Shown piece by piece: positions 1 through 11,529 of a stretch of DNA of 64,000 bases. Made by a program: the position numbers and the translations under genes. The notes beneath the pieces were generated by a model. It saw only the letters and a list, made by a program, of their open reading frames with translations. It was not told where the DNA came from and ran no database searches. The first letter of the stretch is position 1. The number at the start of each line of letters is the position of its first letter. This stretch comes from Haliotis rufescens (Eukaryota), in the NCBI RefSeq assembly GCF_023055435.1, contig NW_025964068.1:3782001-3846000 (forward strand), given 5' to 3'.

Positions 1-328
1 TTCAGGCTTTAACATGGGCAAGGTCATGAATTATAAAGAAGTGACAGTTCTCAAATTGTGTTACGCCCTGTCCAATACACATATTTGTTGATGAAAGATC
101 CTCAGTGTACACAGAGATGTATATTATGCAAGATATTTGTGAATTGTATATACAGAACCAGAGTTCATGCAGTTTGTCAAGTTATAGCTATAAATGTGTC
201 AGCTGTGATGTTTGTTAACTGTACCACATAGCATGAGGGGAAACTGTTGGAGGAGACAGACGATTGTTTTGAATTTGTCTTGTTTTCATGGACATGCATG
301 TGTACTGAATCTTCTGATTGCTATACAG

Positions 329-418
329 ATATCTGTGAATGAGTGTCTGTTGGGTGATGAGGCGAAGAAATCTCCATCTCTACCAGATCTGGATGATTTA
401 AAGGACCCTGATGAAAAG
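329..418 (+). CDS. RABEP1: Rabaptin-5 (RAB GTPase-binding effector) internal coding exon; gene 5' end lies upstream of window
   Basis: AG at 327-328, GT at 419-420; 90 nt, phase 0/0, ISVNEC...DPDEK joins in frame to the next exon. Homology of this exon itself is weak. Confidence 0.65.
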
Positions 419-700
419 GTATACACATAAGATATCTATTGAAACTTGTTCATCTGAATGTTCTGTGTTCGTGTACAACTTGTCGACATGTGTTTTTATG
501 AAAGCTTTTCAACATGACAGCATACCATATCTTTATGCTCTTGTACAATGTTGTAAACAGCAGAGTTTAGTGCAAATGTGTCAGTGTCTGGTTGATGTAG
601 TTTAAGGTGAGATCAGTGCTGCCTCCTTCAGCCAGTGGTGTACATGATGCAGGTTGCTAGGAAATGTCTGAAATGGGGCTTTGTTCTTACTTCCATGCAG

Positions 701-1560
701 ACTGCCTCCATGGTCTAGTGGTAGAGCGTCTGCCTAGAAAGCAGAAGGTCGGGGTTTGATTCCCCAGGCTCGGCATTCCAAAGATGTTAAAATATGGTAC
801 TTGATGTTACCCAGCCTGGCACTCAGCAATAAGGGGCTAAAACAAAACTGGATGGCATGGAATAAGTATACAGTCAGGTCTTGTTAATCCAACAATTGAC
901 TTTATCCGACACTAATGATGGGAACCGAATAAATCAGTGCTATTTAGACCCGTTAATCCGACAGTCTCGCACTCTGACTCCGACACACCTAATTTGCAAC
1001 AAATTACCGAAATCACTTATTAATCGGTCTCCCGTTAATCCGACACAGTAATCTGCGTACTCTGTGGTCATCTGCCCGCGAGTACACAGCCCCGTGTTTT
1101 GATGCGAGACAAGTCGGCTGGTAGCTACATATTACAACAAACAACAATTAATGCTTTAAATAAACAAAACAGGATTAATCACATGCTTAGATTACCTCAA
1201 TATCATTAAAATCAGATACAAGTTCTCGCTACCGCTGAGCCCATCCCATTACAGGTCACTTTAGAACGGCCTTTCGCAAACTTTGACCAACCAATGAAAT
1301 GCCTAACAGGAAGTCGACATTAGCCATTAAGAAACAGCTTTCTTGAGATTTGCGGCACTAGTTTTAAACTGGCAACTTCCATTCCAGGCAATGCTTTTTA
1401 AAATATTTTGAATCAGTCATACAGCCCGAACTGTGACTTGACTGTACTATGTCTGAGTGGGTTATTTATGTTAAGCTGCGGCATGATATCTCAGTAGGCT
1501 AGCACTATAAAAACATTGGCATTAGTACAAGCAGACACACAGACAGACAGACAGACACAC
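701..1560 (+). mobile_element. tRNA-derived SINE (family C, Meta/MESC-like core), interrupted by a MITE
   Basis: A-box TGGTCTAGTGG and B-box-like GGTTTGATTCC; body matches the reverse complement of copies at 50621-50967 and 51437-51782 and resumes after 1446. Confidence 0.75.
871..1444. mobile_element. Tc1/mariner/pogo-type MITE
   Basis: TIR cagtcaggtc ... gacttgactg (9/10), TA duplications at 869-870 and 1445-1446; internal ttaatccgaca repeats. Confidence 0.75.
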
Positions 1561-1817
1561 ATATTTCACCTTGACTTGCTTGATGTGCAGCATTGCAGCT
1601 AAATAACTGGAACTTTTAAATAATCCCAAGTAGGCTATATAAACCAGGGGGTAAAATTGTGATCAACGTCCCTAGGCTGACAGGATACAATAACACACTA
1701 TCAACGGGTCACTGAGCCAGACTCACTACATCCAAGACAGTTGCACATGTAAAACCCTCCATTGATGGGTTATTATATTTTGTGGGTGGAAAATTGCACT
1801 TGGCGGGTATGTTGTAG

Positions 1818-1953
1818 ATTGCCAAGCTGATGAAGTACTTGAAGGGAGAGAAGGCTGCAAGGACGGACCTGGAGATGTATGTGGCAGTCCTCACCACGCA
1901 GAAGAATGTCCTGTGTGAGGACATGGACCGGGTCCAGAAGGAGATGAATGAGG
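1818..1953 (+). CDS. RABEP1: Rabaptin-5 coding exon
   Basis: AG/GT bounded; encodes YLKGEKAARTDLEMYVAVLTTQK, matching rabaptin-5 YLEAEKSCRTDLEMYVAVLNTQK. Confidence 0.93.
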
Positions 1954-2563
1954 GTGAGGCCTGGGACTTGGTATTGGCACATAAATCGTATTGGAATAAA
2001 TCGAAATACAGAGAGCTGTAGTGCGATACATATTGCAATACGTATTGGGGGCCGAGGATGTTCAAATGGAATTTTTCATTCAATAACCCAGACTTCAGAT
2101 TGCGAAATGGGTAGTATGAACAACCGAAACTACCCATTGATTATGTCAATATGGAATGTTAATGTAAACATTGGGAAGTCTGTGCTGTTTAGATAGGAAC
2201 CCAGTCCATCCAAATGCCTCCGGATAGTAGATCAATTTTATGTACTTATATATTAATTCTTCTGTGATTTTGGAAAATATTAAAACAGTTGTATTGTGAT
2301 ACATGTTTTGCTGACGGCCATATTGCATTATACCAGTATACCAGTTATATTGCACACACCTATATGGAATGTCCTCGTACATTGCAAGTTATGTTAAGCA
2401 TACATTCTGCTGAGATTCTAAGAATCAATGGGACTGAGAACCTCTAACATGTCTAATCAGTGCTAGATGAGATTACATGTGAGGAGGAACATCCTAGGTG
2501 TTTCAGATCTGATGTAATGTGCAGTAGGTATTTTTGTGGATTGTTGTCTCTCTCTTTCTGCAG

Positions 2564-2722
2564 TATGTTCGCTGCTGGAGGACGAGAAACAAAACCATGA
2601 GGCACTGAAACAGACATGGCAGATGGCCAATGACCAGTTCTTGGAGTCACAGCGACTCATGATGATGGACATGCGACGCATGGAGACTGTCCTCACCTCT
2701 GAGCAGCAGAGGCAGATAGCAG
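2564..2722 (+). CDS. RABEP1: Rabaptin-5 coding exon
   Basis: AG/GT bounded, phase 1/1; LKQTWQMANDQFLESQRLMMMDMRRMETVLTSEQ is a conserved rabaptin motif. Confidence 0.95.
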
Positions 2723-2977
2723 GTGCTTGTTGTAGACCTTATCTAAAAGCTTCAAATAATGGTGAAATATTCTCATTCCAGTCTGTTTCAGATCTACAGG
2801 TATTGTGAGCTGGATGTTAATTCACAGCCAATGTGATGTTCATGATTGTATGTACTGTATAGTTGATGCCCTCTGTATCCAGAATTTATGAGGCCATCTC
2901 ATGTCAGACCTGCTTTTGTAAATGTTATTGTTTTAGAAAGAGAGGTTCTTTGTAATGAATATTAACAATATTTTCAG

Positions 2978-3100
2978 AGCTCCAACAGAAAGATTTGGAG
3001 CGGGAGGCACAAGAGAAGAAAGTGAAAGATTTGGAGGAAGCCAGGGAAAAGCAGGAGAAGGAGCTGGCTGAGAGAAGGAAACACAGTGTATCAAGGATGG
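2978..3100 (+). CDS. RABEP1: Rabaptin-5 coding exon (coiled coil)
   Basis: ttttcag acceptor, GTGAGT donor at 3101; ELQQKDLEREAQEKKVK... in frame. Confidence 0.88.
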
Positions 3101-5062
3101 GTGAGTAGTCTTCGGGGTGAGTTGGTAGGTAGACTCATGAGAAGGTGGATATGGAAGGTGGAGTTCTGTAGAGTTGTGAGAAGGTGGATGAGTAGATTTG
3201 GGGTGTAGAGTCATGATGTAGAGTCATATGAGAAGGTGGATGAGTAGAGTTGGGGTGTAGAGTCATATGAGAAGGTGGATGAGTAGAGATGGGGTGTAGA
3301 GTCATAAGAGTGAGTGAGTGAGTTTGGTTTTACGCCGCTTTTAGCAATATTCCAGCAATATCACGGTGAGGGACACCAGAAATGGGCTTCACACATTGTA
3401 CTCATGTCGGGAATCGAACCCGGGTCTTCTGCGTGACGAGCTAATGCTTAAACCACTAGGCTACCCGACCGCACCTTAGAGTCATAAGAAGGTGGATGAG
3501 TAGAGTTGGTGTGTGTGGTCAAGATGTAAAGTCATGAGAAGGTGGATGAGTGGAGTTGGTGTGTGTGGTCATGATGTAGAGTCATGAGAAGGTGGATGAG
3601 TGGAGTTTGGGTGTGGAGTCATGAGAAGGTGGATGAGTAGAGTTGGGGTTTAGAGTCATGAGAAGGTGGATGAGTGGAGTTGGGGTGTAGACTCATGAGA
3701 AGGTGGATGAGTGGAGTTGGGGTGTAGAATCATGAGAAGGTGGATGAGTGGAGTTGGGGTGTAGACTCATGAGAAGGTGGATGAGTGGAGTTGGGGTGTA
3801 GAGTCATGAGAAAGTGGATGAGTAGAGTTTGGGTGTAGAGTCATGAGACGGTGGATGAGTAGAGTTGTGTAGAGTCATGAGAAAGTGGATGAGTAGAGTT
3901 GGGGTGTATAGTCATGAGAAGGTGGATGAGTGGAGTTGGGGTGTGGAGTCATGAGAAGGTGGATGAGTGGAGTCATGTAGACTCATGAGAAGGTGGATGA
4001 GTAGAGTTGGGGTGTAGAGTCATGAGAAGGTGGATGAGTAGAGTTGGGGTGTGGAGTCATGAGAAGGTGGATGAGTGGAGTTGGGGTGTGGAGTCGTGAG
4101 AAAGTGGATGAGTGGAGTTGGTGTGTGTGGCCATGATGTAAAGTCATGAGAAGGTGGATGAGTAGAGTTGGGGTGTAGAGTCATGAGAAGGTGGAGTTGG
4201 GGTGTAGAGTCAAGAGAAGGTGGATGAGTGGAGTTGGGGTGTAGAGTCAAGAGAAGGTGGATGAGTAGAGTTGAGGTGTAGAGTCATGAGAAGGTGGATG
4301 AGTAGAGTTGGGGTGTGGAGTCATGAGAAGGTGGACGAGTGGAGTCATGATGTAGACTCATGAGAAGGTTGATGAGTAGAGTTGGGGTGTGGAGTCATGA
4401 GAAGGTGGATGAGTAGAGTTGGGGTGTAGAGTCATGAGAAGGTGGATGAGTAGAGTTGGGGTGTGGAGTCATGAGAAGGTGGATGAGTGGAGTTGGGGTG
4501 TGGAGTCATGAGAAGGTGGATGAGTGGAGTCATGTAGACTCATGAGAAGGTGGATGAGTAGAGTTGGGGTGTAGACTCATGAGAAGGTGGATGAGTAGAG
4601 TTGGGGTGTAGAGTCATGAGAAGGTGGATGAGTAGAGTTGGGGTGTGGAGTCATGAGAAGGTGGATGAGTAGAGTTGAGGTGTGGAGTCGTGAGAAGGTG
4701 GACGAGTGGAGTCATGATGTAGACTCATGAGAAGGTGGATGAGTAGAGTTGGGGTGTAGAGTCATGAGAAGGTTGATGAGTAGAGTTGGGGTGTGGAGTC
4801 ATGAGAAGGTGAATGAGTGGTGTTGGGGTGTAGAGTCATGAGAAGGTGGATGAGTAGAGTTGGGGTGTGGAGTCTTAAGAAGGTGGATGAGTAGAGTTGG
4901 GGTGTGGAGTCATGAGAAGGTGGATGAGTGGAGTTGGGGTGTGGAGTCATAAGAAGGTGGATGAGTAGAGTTGGGGTGTGGAGTCATGAGAAGGTGGATG
5001 AGTGGAGTTGGGGTGTAGAGTCATGAGAAGGTGGATGAGTAGAGTTGGTGTGTAGGGTCGTA
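3101..5062 (+). repeat. 37-bp G-rich minisatellite
   Basis: Unit gagtcatgagaaggtggatgagtagagttggggtgta, roughly 45-50 copies. Confidence 0.95.
3310..3476 (-). mobile_element. tRNA(Asp-like)-derived SINE (family A)
   Basis: Reverse complement of the 43247 copy; 13-bp TSD tagagtcataaga at 3297-3309 and 3477-3489; (TCAC)n tail. Confidence 0.9.
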
Positions 5063-5704
5063 GAACCACAAATACTTCTGGATTCCATAGCTGCAACCTT
5101 CCAATACTCATCCCGTTTCAGAGCTCTTAACTAGTCCATCATGTTTCCAAGCAAATATAATGCAGTACATATCATAAATTACTACTCCATCAACGCATGT
5201 CAATTAAGTACAATAAGAGCAATATTTTAAGACTAACTTGGTGACATTTGCACCTGAGAGAATGCACAGGACGGCCATCACCTCAGGTTATAGGCCATTT
5301 CATATATGCATGCAAGTTTATCATCATTTCACTGTTAAAGTACATTTTAAGGGTAATCACAATATCAGTTAAGACAGGCTAGATTAGGTCAATTCGCGTT
5401 ATTTTGATATATGCTCTTTTTATAGTCCTATGACTCGTATTACATTAGGCCAGATAAGCAGTTTTCTAGCATTTCCGACAGTACTTCAGTGGTGTGAGTG
5501 TGTGTTAGTCTTTTAGGACTAACAGGATCCATATTAATGAGGTTCGACTGTATTTATAGCATAAAACATGTACATAGTGAATCAAAGACGTTTTCATTAT
5601 AGATGGCAGTGTAACAAGTATACATGGCTTGTGTTGATGACGACATGCTACTATGGACACCTCTTTGTTCTTTGTCTATGCTCATTACAGCATGTCTGCT
5701 TCAG

Positions 5705-5751
5705 AACAAGCTGCTGCCTCTGCTGCTTTAAGTGAGGATGAAACCAAAGAG
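5705..5751 (+). CDS. RABEP1: Rabaptin-5 small coding exon
   Basis: cttcag acceptor (AG 5703-5704), GTATGG donor; 47 nt converts phase 1 to phase 0, as needed to join 3100 to 6169; EQAAASAALSEDETKE. Confidence 0.65.
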
Positions 5752-6168
5752 GTATGGTCACTTTGAGCCTGATACCTGTAAATCTGTTTGCTCTCTTCAT
5801 GATGGGTAATTCTTTTAGTGAATATGCCAAATTTGTGATCTTCCCCAAAAGTAATTCTGTAACATTCCATGATAAAGAGTTTTGTAGCAGTACTCCGTCT
5901 TTACAACCCGACTCAGTCATTCTTTGAACTGTTTGATCCAGAATAACAGAAGGCTGTGTTCACTATAAGTTTCATTGATTTTATTCTGCAGCTTTTGATT
6001 CAAGCTTTTATCGACTGTTTAGTAACCCAGTTGTGAAAGTGTCTATCAGTAGTTCTCTCACCGATGGCCATAGTGTTACCCATAAGTGTGCAATTCATGA
6101 AGCTGCTTTCTGTGTACTGTAATATATATTGCTGGAATAGTTAAAAACTCCCTCTGTCACTGTTACAG

Positions 6169-6448
6169 AAACTAAAGAGACGTCCCAATGTATTGGACAA
6201 GTCTCAAAGCCGGTCAAATGCATCACTAATTTCCAACACATCAGAAGAACTCATTCCATTTGATGTGTCAGCAGACGATGAAATCCGCAAATCACTTTCT
6301 AGTCCGGACATCAACTTTGATGACAAGTTCCTTGACAGCGGTGTCCATGACAGCCTCAGTGAGGTGGACGGCATGACCATCAGAATTAGTCCTGATAAAG
6401 TCTTGAATCTCCCTTCGCTTACAGAGGCTCAGATGAAATCAATTACTG
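6169..6448 (+). CDS. RABEP1: Rabaptin-5 coding exon (Ser/Asp-rich linker)
   Basis: ttacag acceptor, GTAAAG donor; open frame overlapping ORF 6193..6495; phase-compatible. Confidence 0.85.
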
Positions 6449-6889
6449 GTAAAGGAATGCTTTGTTTTCAAGGGATCTGCCCACAGTTACTTTAATGTTG
6501 CCATAACAGGTGGTTTATTATATTCCGTTTCCAGTCAGTATGAACATGTGGTTGCAGTGTGGTTTCATCGTTTGGCATTGCGTGTCATTGTACCTTGTCG
6601 GTGTAAATTGTTGCTCATAATATCAATCACTGGTCCAGACTCCTAATGTTTTAAGGCTGCCATCATATAGCTGGAATATTGCTGACTGATCATGATACTT
6701 TCCCACTTAAAAAGACAGTAAAATGTTTTAGCACAAAGAAGCATTATTCAAACGGTCAAGAGAAGATGAAACAAACTTTGTTTCTTTGTTTCACACCCCT
6801 ATTATGATGTCATGATCTTCTACAGACAGGAACGCCAAGTATTGTGACCTGCACCTAACATTGCTATGATAAGCCTATTCCTGTCACAG

Positions 6890-7014
6890 ATCCCACCCCT
6901 GACTCGGAAGCCAGACGTATCTTGTTGGCAAGTGCCAAGATGAAGACTGAAGGATTGTCACTGGAAGGGAAGCGGCTCGTTAGTGAAAAGGAGTGGAAAC
7001 TAATACAAGATGAG
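6890..7014 (+). CDS. RABEP1: Rabaptin-5 coding exon
   Basis: AG/GT bounded; ends RLVSEKEWKLIQDE (rabaptin RLVSETEWNLLQKE). Confidence 0.92.
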
Positions 7015-7333
7015 GTAAAACTACTGCAGCAAGTAACAATGAATCTCACCAAATTGAGGGTGAGGTAGTAGTTCCATGAAGCCATTGTAAGTACATGTTA
7101 AGGCACTGGTAGGTCCCTAGGGCCTTTGTACAGACACATTGTAGTCTATCATGTTTTTGTTCACAGTGATGGGGATAGTATACACCACTCTGTTTCAAAA
7201 TACAAGGGCCTTCCTCTATCAGGTATGAGAGTTAAGACAAGTTTGCGAAACTGGGCCCTGACTGACTTTGACTCATTGTACGGACCTTGGCGTGATGCCA
7301 TCTTGTTTTGGCTAAATGTTTGCTTGTGCCCAG

Positions 7334-7555
7334 GTGAAGTCTGCACGTGAGAAGCTGGGTCGACCCTGTGATATGTGTACCAACTATGAGACGCAGCTGC
7401 AGACAGTGCAGGAGGAATTGAAGGCCGCTACCACAGAGGCCGCACGGCTGGACCGCCAGCTGAACAGTGAGAAGCAGGCCCTTACCAACATTACCAAATA
7501 CCAGACCGAGCTGGAGGAGGCTTTGAAGGAATCATCAGAGGAGGCCGAGAAACAG
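7334..7555 (+). CDS. RABEP1: Rabaptin-5 coding exon
   Basis: AG/GT bounded; KLGRPCDMCTNYETQLQ matches conserved KLGRRCDMCSNYEKQLQ. Confidence 0.95.
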
Positions 7556-7704
7556 GTGAGCCAGGGGACAACTATTTGATATTCCAGTGGGGCTCGGGAA
7601 TTGTTTAAGTTAGGTTGCATTAACAGACTCCACAAAGGGACAGTTATGCTATTTTGAACTTGTGTGTCACATGCACAATGTTTTCAAATAAATGCTATTT
7701 TCAG

Positions 7705-7803
7705 ATTTCCAGTTTAAACAACAAGCTGCAGGACTGTGAGAAGTACCTGAAGGAATGCAAGCAACAGTTCATCCAGTCACAGCTACAGCTACAGGACCAG
7801 TTG
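7705..7803 (+). CDS. RABEP1: Rabaptin-5 coding exon
   Basis: ttttcag/GTAGGC; 99 nt in frame, ISSLNNKLQDCEKYL...QDQL. Confidence 0.88.
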
Positions 7804-7953
7804 GTAGGCAAATAGCACCTGCTACTGTCACACTATAATCACAGCTACCACTACAGGACCAGTTGCTAGGCAAATAGCACCTGCTGCTATCACGCTATAG
7901 TCACAGCTAAAGCTCCAGGACCAGTTGCTAGGCAAATAGCATCTGCTACTGTC
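7777..7953 (+). repeat. 62-bp triplication spanning an exon 3' end and splice donor
   Basis: Units start at 7777, 7839 and 7901. Confidence 0.9.
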
Positions 7954-7967
7954 GTGGGACCACTTGT

Positions 7968-8265
7968 TAAGGGTAGAATAGATCTTCGGCAACCCATGCT
8001 TGCTGAAACACGTGACTGGATCTGGTGGTCCGAGTCCCTGAGTTGGTGGATGCATGTCATCATATCCCAATTGGTCCCAGGGTAGAATAGATCTTTGGCA
8101 ACCCATGCTTGCTGAAACACGTGACTGTGGATCGGGTGGTCAGAGTCCCTGACTTGGTGGATGCATGTCATCATATCCCAATTGCGTGGAAGGATGCACA
8201 CGGGATTGTCTGGTCCAGACTCTATAGCTGGAATATTGCTGAGTGTGGCGTTAATAAACAAACAA
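7968..8265 (+). mobile_element. Family B SINE, degenerate, with internal ~110-bp tandem duplication
   Basis: gggtagaatagatct...caacccatgcttg present twice; tail tagctggaatattgctgagtgtggcgttaa. Confidence 0.75.
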
Positions 8266-8401
8266 ATCCTTGTATTATGTAGCATGGAATGAACTGTCAT
8301 AGACATACTTCTCTACCATAGAGCATTGCATTGTGGTCATTACCCAATAAATAACATGGTGTAACACTGTTTCTGATCAAATGAGGTCCTTTTATCCCCA
8401 G

Positions 8402-8440
8402 AAATCACTCACAGAGTCAAGGGAGGAAATCCAGAAAGAG
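8402..8440 (+). CDS. RABEP1: Rabaptin-5 small coding exon
   Basis: Polypyrimidine tract plus cag, GTAAGG donor; 39 nt, KSLTESREEIQKE. Confidence 0.82.
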
Positions 8441-8928
8441 GTAAGGGTGATCTGTTTGATCTGGACTTGTCTTTGTTCCACACAAGGTGCAACATCTAGT
8501 TACAGATACACTTGACTAGAAGTCAGTGTAACTCTTGGAATAAGGACATCAGGACTACAGGAATTACTGACAGACAGACAGAAATGTCTCTCATATGCAA
8601 TGTCCACTTGGGGGATCTGAGGGCAGAATATGTCCAAAATACCTCATGTTTTCTATGAAAGAACTGATACCAATGGTGTTTGGCTCATAACAATGTCGGA
8701 TGTGGCTGATTGGGTGTCATCTGTCCCATAACAATAAGAATTGTTGATTGGGTGTTATCTGCACTGCCAACATGGTTCATTGCTCATGCTATCAACCAGT
8801 GGTCACACAGTGAGTCCTGTCCAGACTAGATCCAGGTTGCAGTGACATAGCTGAAATCATGACATCGTGACATCATGTTTTTGTCATAATTTAGCCTATG
8901 TTTTGAAACAAACCTTGCTGTGCTTCAG

Positions 8929-9030
8929 ATAAAGCTTATTCAAGAAGAAAATGATAGCCTGGTTGGGAAACATTCAAAAACTGCCCAGCAGCTGCAGAAC
9001 GAGGACATCAACCTGCCGAACAACATGGAG
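8929..9030 (+). CDS. RABEP1: Rabaptin-5 coding exon
   Basis: AG/GT bounded; ENDSLVGKHSKTAQQLQNEDINLP matches rabaptin DNDSLQGKHS...EDFILP. Confidence 0.93.
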
Positions 9031-9616
9031 GTGAGGAGAGCAGCAGACAACCAGCCCACAACACTTCTGTGTGACTAACTCACTGTTCCCAACATAGTCG
9101 GACAGTTAGTGTGGGCATGTTGCTATTCTCATTTTTCCTGTTGGCAATGTCTACATATGTACGGAGGGTATGTCTGTAAATTGTGAGTAGTTTATCATGC
9201 CATTGTTGATGATTTCACTTGAATGGTGGTGTGTAAGTTAATGGGGTTTCAATCTGCCAAGTTAAGAACAAAGGCCCATTTCAGGTGGGAGTCATATCTA
9301 TCTCAGGGCTACTTGGCAAATCATTGCTTGTTTCTTTCTTCTCATAATCTAAAAATATAAAGGCTCTTGTTCTCTGGTGTTGCATCACACTGTACAGAGT
9401 TATGTCCTTTGGCTGCTAGGATCTGATGGTTGATTTAAATGCAAGCTTTGCCCAAAATATAATCCTTGGTCTGTCAGCAACAAAATCGTTTTGTGGGTTT
9501 CCTGGTGGTAGTAAGCATCAACGACCTGAGGCATTGTGGCTTTTCCTCCCAATGTCACTGAAATAACTGAAATAAGCTGAACTCACTCAGTCACTGTTGT
9601 GATGCTCATGTTGCAG

Positions 9617-9806
9617 GAGATGCAGCTGTTGCTGCTGAAGTACCGGGAGGAGATCATCGCGGCCAAGGTGGCAAAGGAGCACACCGAGGAGACGCTGAGG
9701 AGTGAGATCATGTTCCTCAAGGACCAGGTGGTGTCAGAGCAGCAGGAGAAGAACACCATTGAGGAGACACTCAGCCAGGAACTCAGCACCCTGCAGGAGA
9801 AACTAG
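9617..9806 (+). CDS. RABEP1: Rabaptin-5 coding exon
   Basis: AG/GT bounded; LLKYREEII...EETLRSEIMFLKDQV conserved. Confidence 0.94.
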
Positions 9807-10128
9807 GTGAGGAAAAGGAGGGTCTCACTTGGCTGGTTCACTGGGCACATGTAGTCAAAATATTTTTGGAAATAGTTCTTGGTAGACATATAGGAGTGAC
9901 ACACCACACACCTTGTCATGTCTTGAAGCCATACCCACGTATCCCAAATAAACAGACTTGACAGTTATGTGGAATATAAGCCAGGTAAAGATCAGTCTGA
10001 AGAAAATAATCTGAAAGTGATATTAAACAAATGACAGGAAAATAGGCTATTGTATTCTCTAGGTAAGTCTCCTTATACTTACCCAAGAGACTCATTTGTA
10101 CTATAGGAACCATGTTTGTTTGTCTCAG

Positions 10129-10295
10129 TATGTCATGAGAGTGTGCAGTCCGAATTGGAGAGAGAGTCTTCAGTGCGGGCGGAGTCTGAGACCAAACTCC
10201 GTGAGACGGAACAGTCACTGAAGAGCGTGCAGGCCAAGTCCAGGCAACTCATCAATGCACTACAGCAACGTGTGGAGGAGCATGAGCGCTCTAAG
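10129..10295 (+). CDS. RABEP1: Rabaptin-5 coding exon
   Basis: tctcag/GTAGAT, phase 1/0; coiled coil SVQSELERE...KLRETEQSL. Confidence 0.9.
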
Positions 10296-10730
10296 GTAGA
10301 TAACTCTTCTCATCCCTTAATCTACTGACTGGTTACTTTGGACACAACTGTTCAATTCTGGTAAGATATTATTTTTTTTGCCACCGACCACTGTTTGTGG
10401 AGGATTTCTGTTATAGCTGCAATGTTGCTGACATAATGTGCAGAGATGCAACCAGTATGGTTTGGATGGAATCGTCGCAATATTTGGAACCAAAGTACCA
10501 AAATATGATTAAATGAAATGGATTACTAACTTCAGCAATAAAACCATAGCCAGCACCTTGGGCGGAATCAATAATCAATGAATAATCAAGTGTTTTAGCT
10601 TGTGATGGGAAGGTTTACAAATGTTGAGAAGTTTGGGTGATGACATGCAATGCAATAGATTTGTTTTCATCAAATCATACAGTTGATCAACTACTTATTA
10701 CTAATATTTCTTGCACCAAATCTTTTTACA

Positions 10731-10912
10731 TATCCTGCAATACTCCTTTATGCATTCACTGCTTACCTTACGACAACCAAAAGGCAGCATACGGCGATGG
10801 TCTTGGGTGAAGAAATAAAGATGTTTCAAAGTCCAACTCCTGCTTTTTGCACTGACCACCGCTGCTGCCATGTGACCTTGATGACGTCACCTTCCTCGCA
10901 TCACTTCCTGTC
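10731..10912 (+). repeat. DIRS left inverted terminal repeat
   Basis: Reverse complement of 17779-17964 with scattered mismatches (tatcctgcaatactcctttatgcatt...cttcctgtc). Confidence 0.88.
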
Positions 10913-11529
10913 GCACTACAGCAAGGACATGTCTCAGCAGACCTTCAGCTTTGGATATATTCTTAATTTTATCTACGATGGGTGATGTATTCTCTTCATA
11001 TTACTTTCACAAAGTTGTGTAGTTTTGTGTGGATTATTTAGGCGTAAACAATTTTTTTTGCCTGCAAATGTAGTCCAATTGTTAACAATTCTCAGCTATG
11101 TATGTATAACATATTCATATGTTTTAAAATACTAGTAGCTTTGGCGTTACATAGAGTTTGCATGTATCAATATTTGTAAAATAAACTTTCAACTCATAAA
11201 AAATAGCTACCGAAAGAATATAGTTTAATTCTATGGCAATCTCAACAATTCTCTATTTAGCGTAACTTATGCTTGCGAGTTGTAATAATTGTTGTGGAAA
11301 AAAATCTTCCAAGGATCCTCATCCACGTTGTTGGGCATGCATGCAGATTTGCTCTCCAAACTTTAAATGTAATTTTTGTGCGCCTCTCTCTCCAGCGAGT
11401 TTTGCAAATTATAGACAGGTCATTCACAAACATATTTTGTAGCAGTCCTGTTGAGTGGAGAGGAGATGTCACAATTGCTAGAGGTTAGTGACGGACATAC
11501 TTCTGTCATTACTATGCAGCCGTTATCTG

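Noticed and set aside
5400-5552. Transposon-like end gaggttcgactgta
   Set aside because: No matching left TIR found; boundaries cannot be supported.
10683-10985. Similar ORFs at 10683(+) and 17664(-) suggesting a duplicated gene
   Set aside because: They are translations of the non-coding DIRS inverted terminal repeats.
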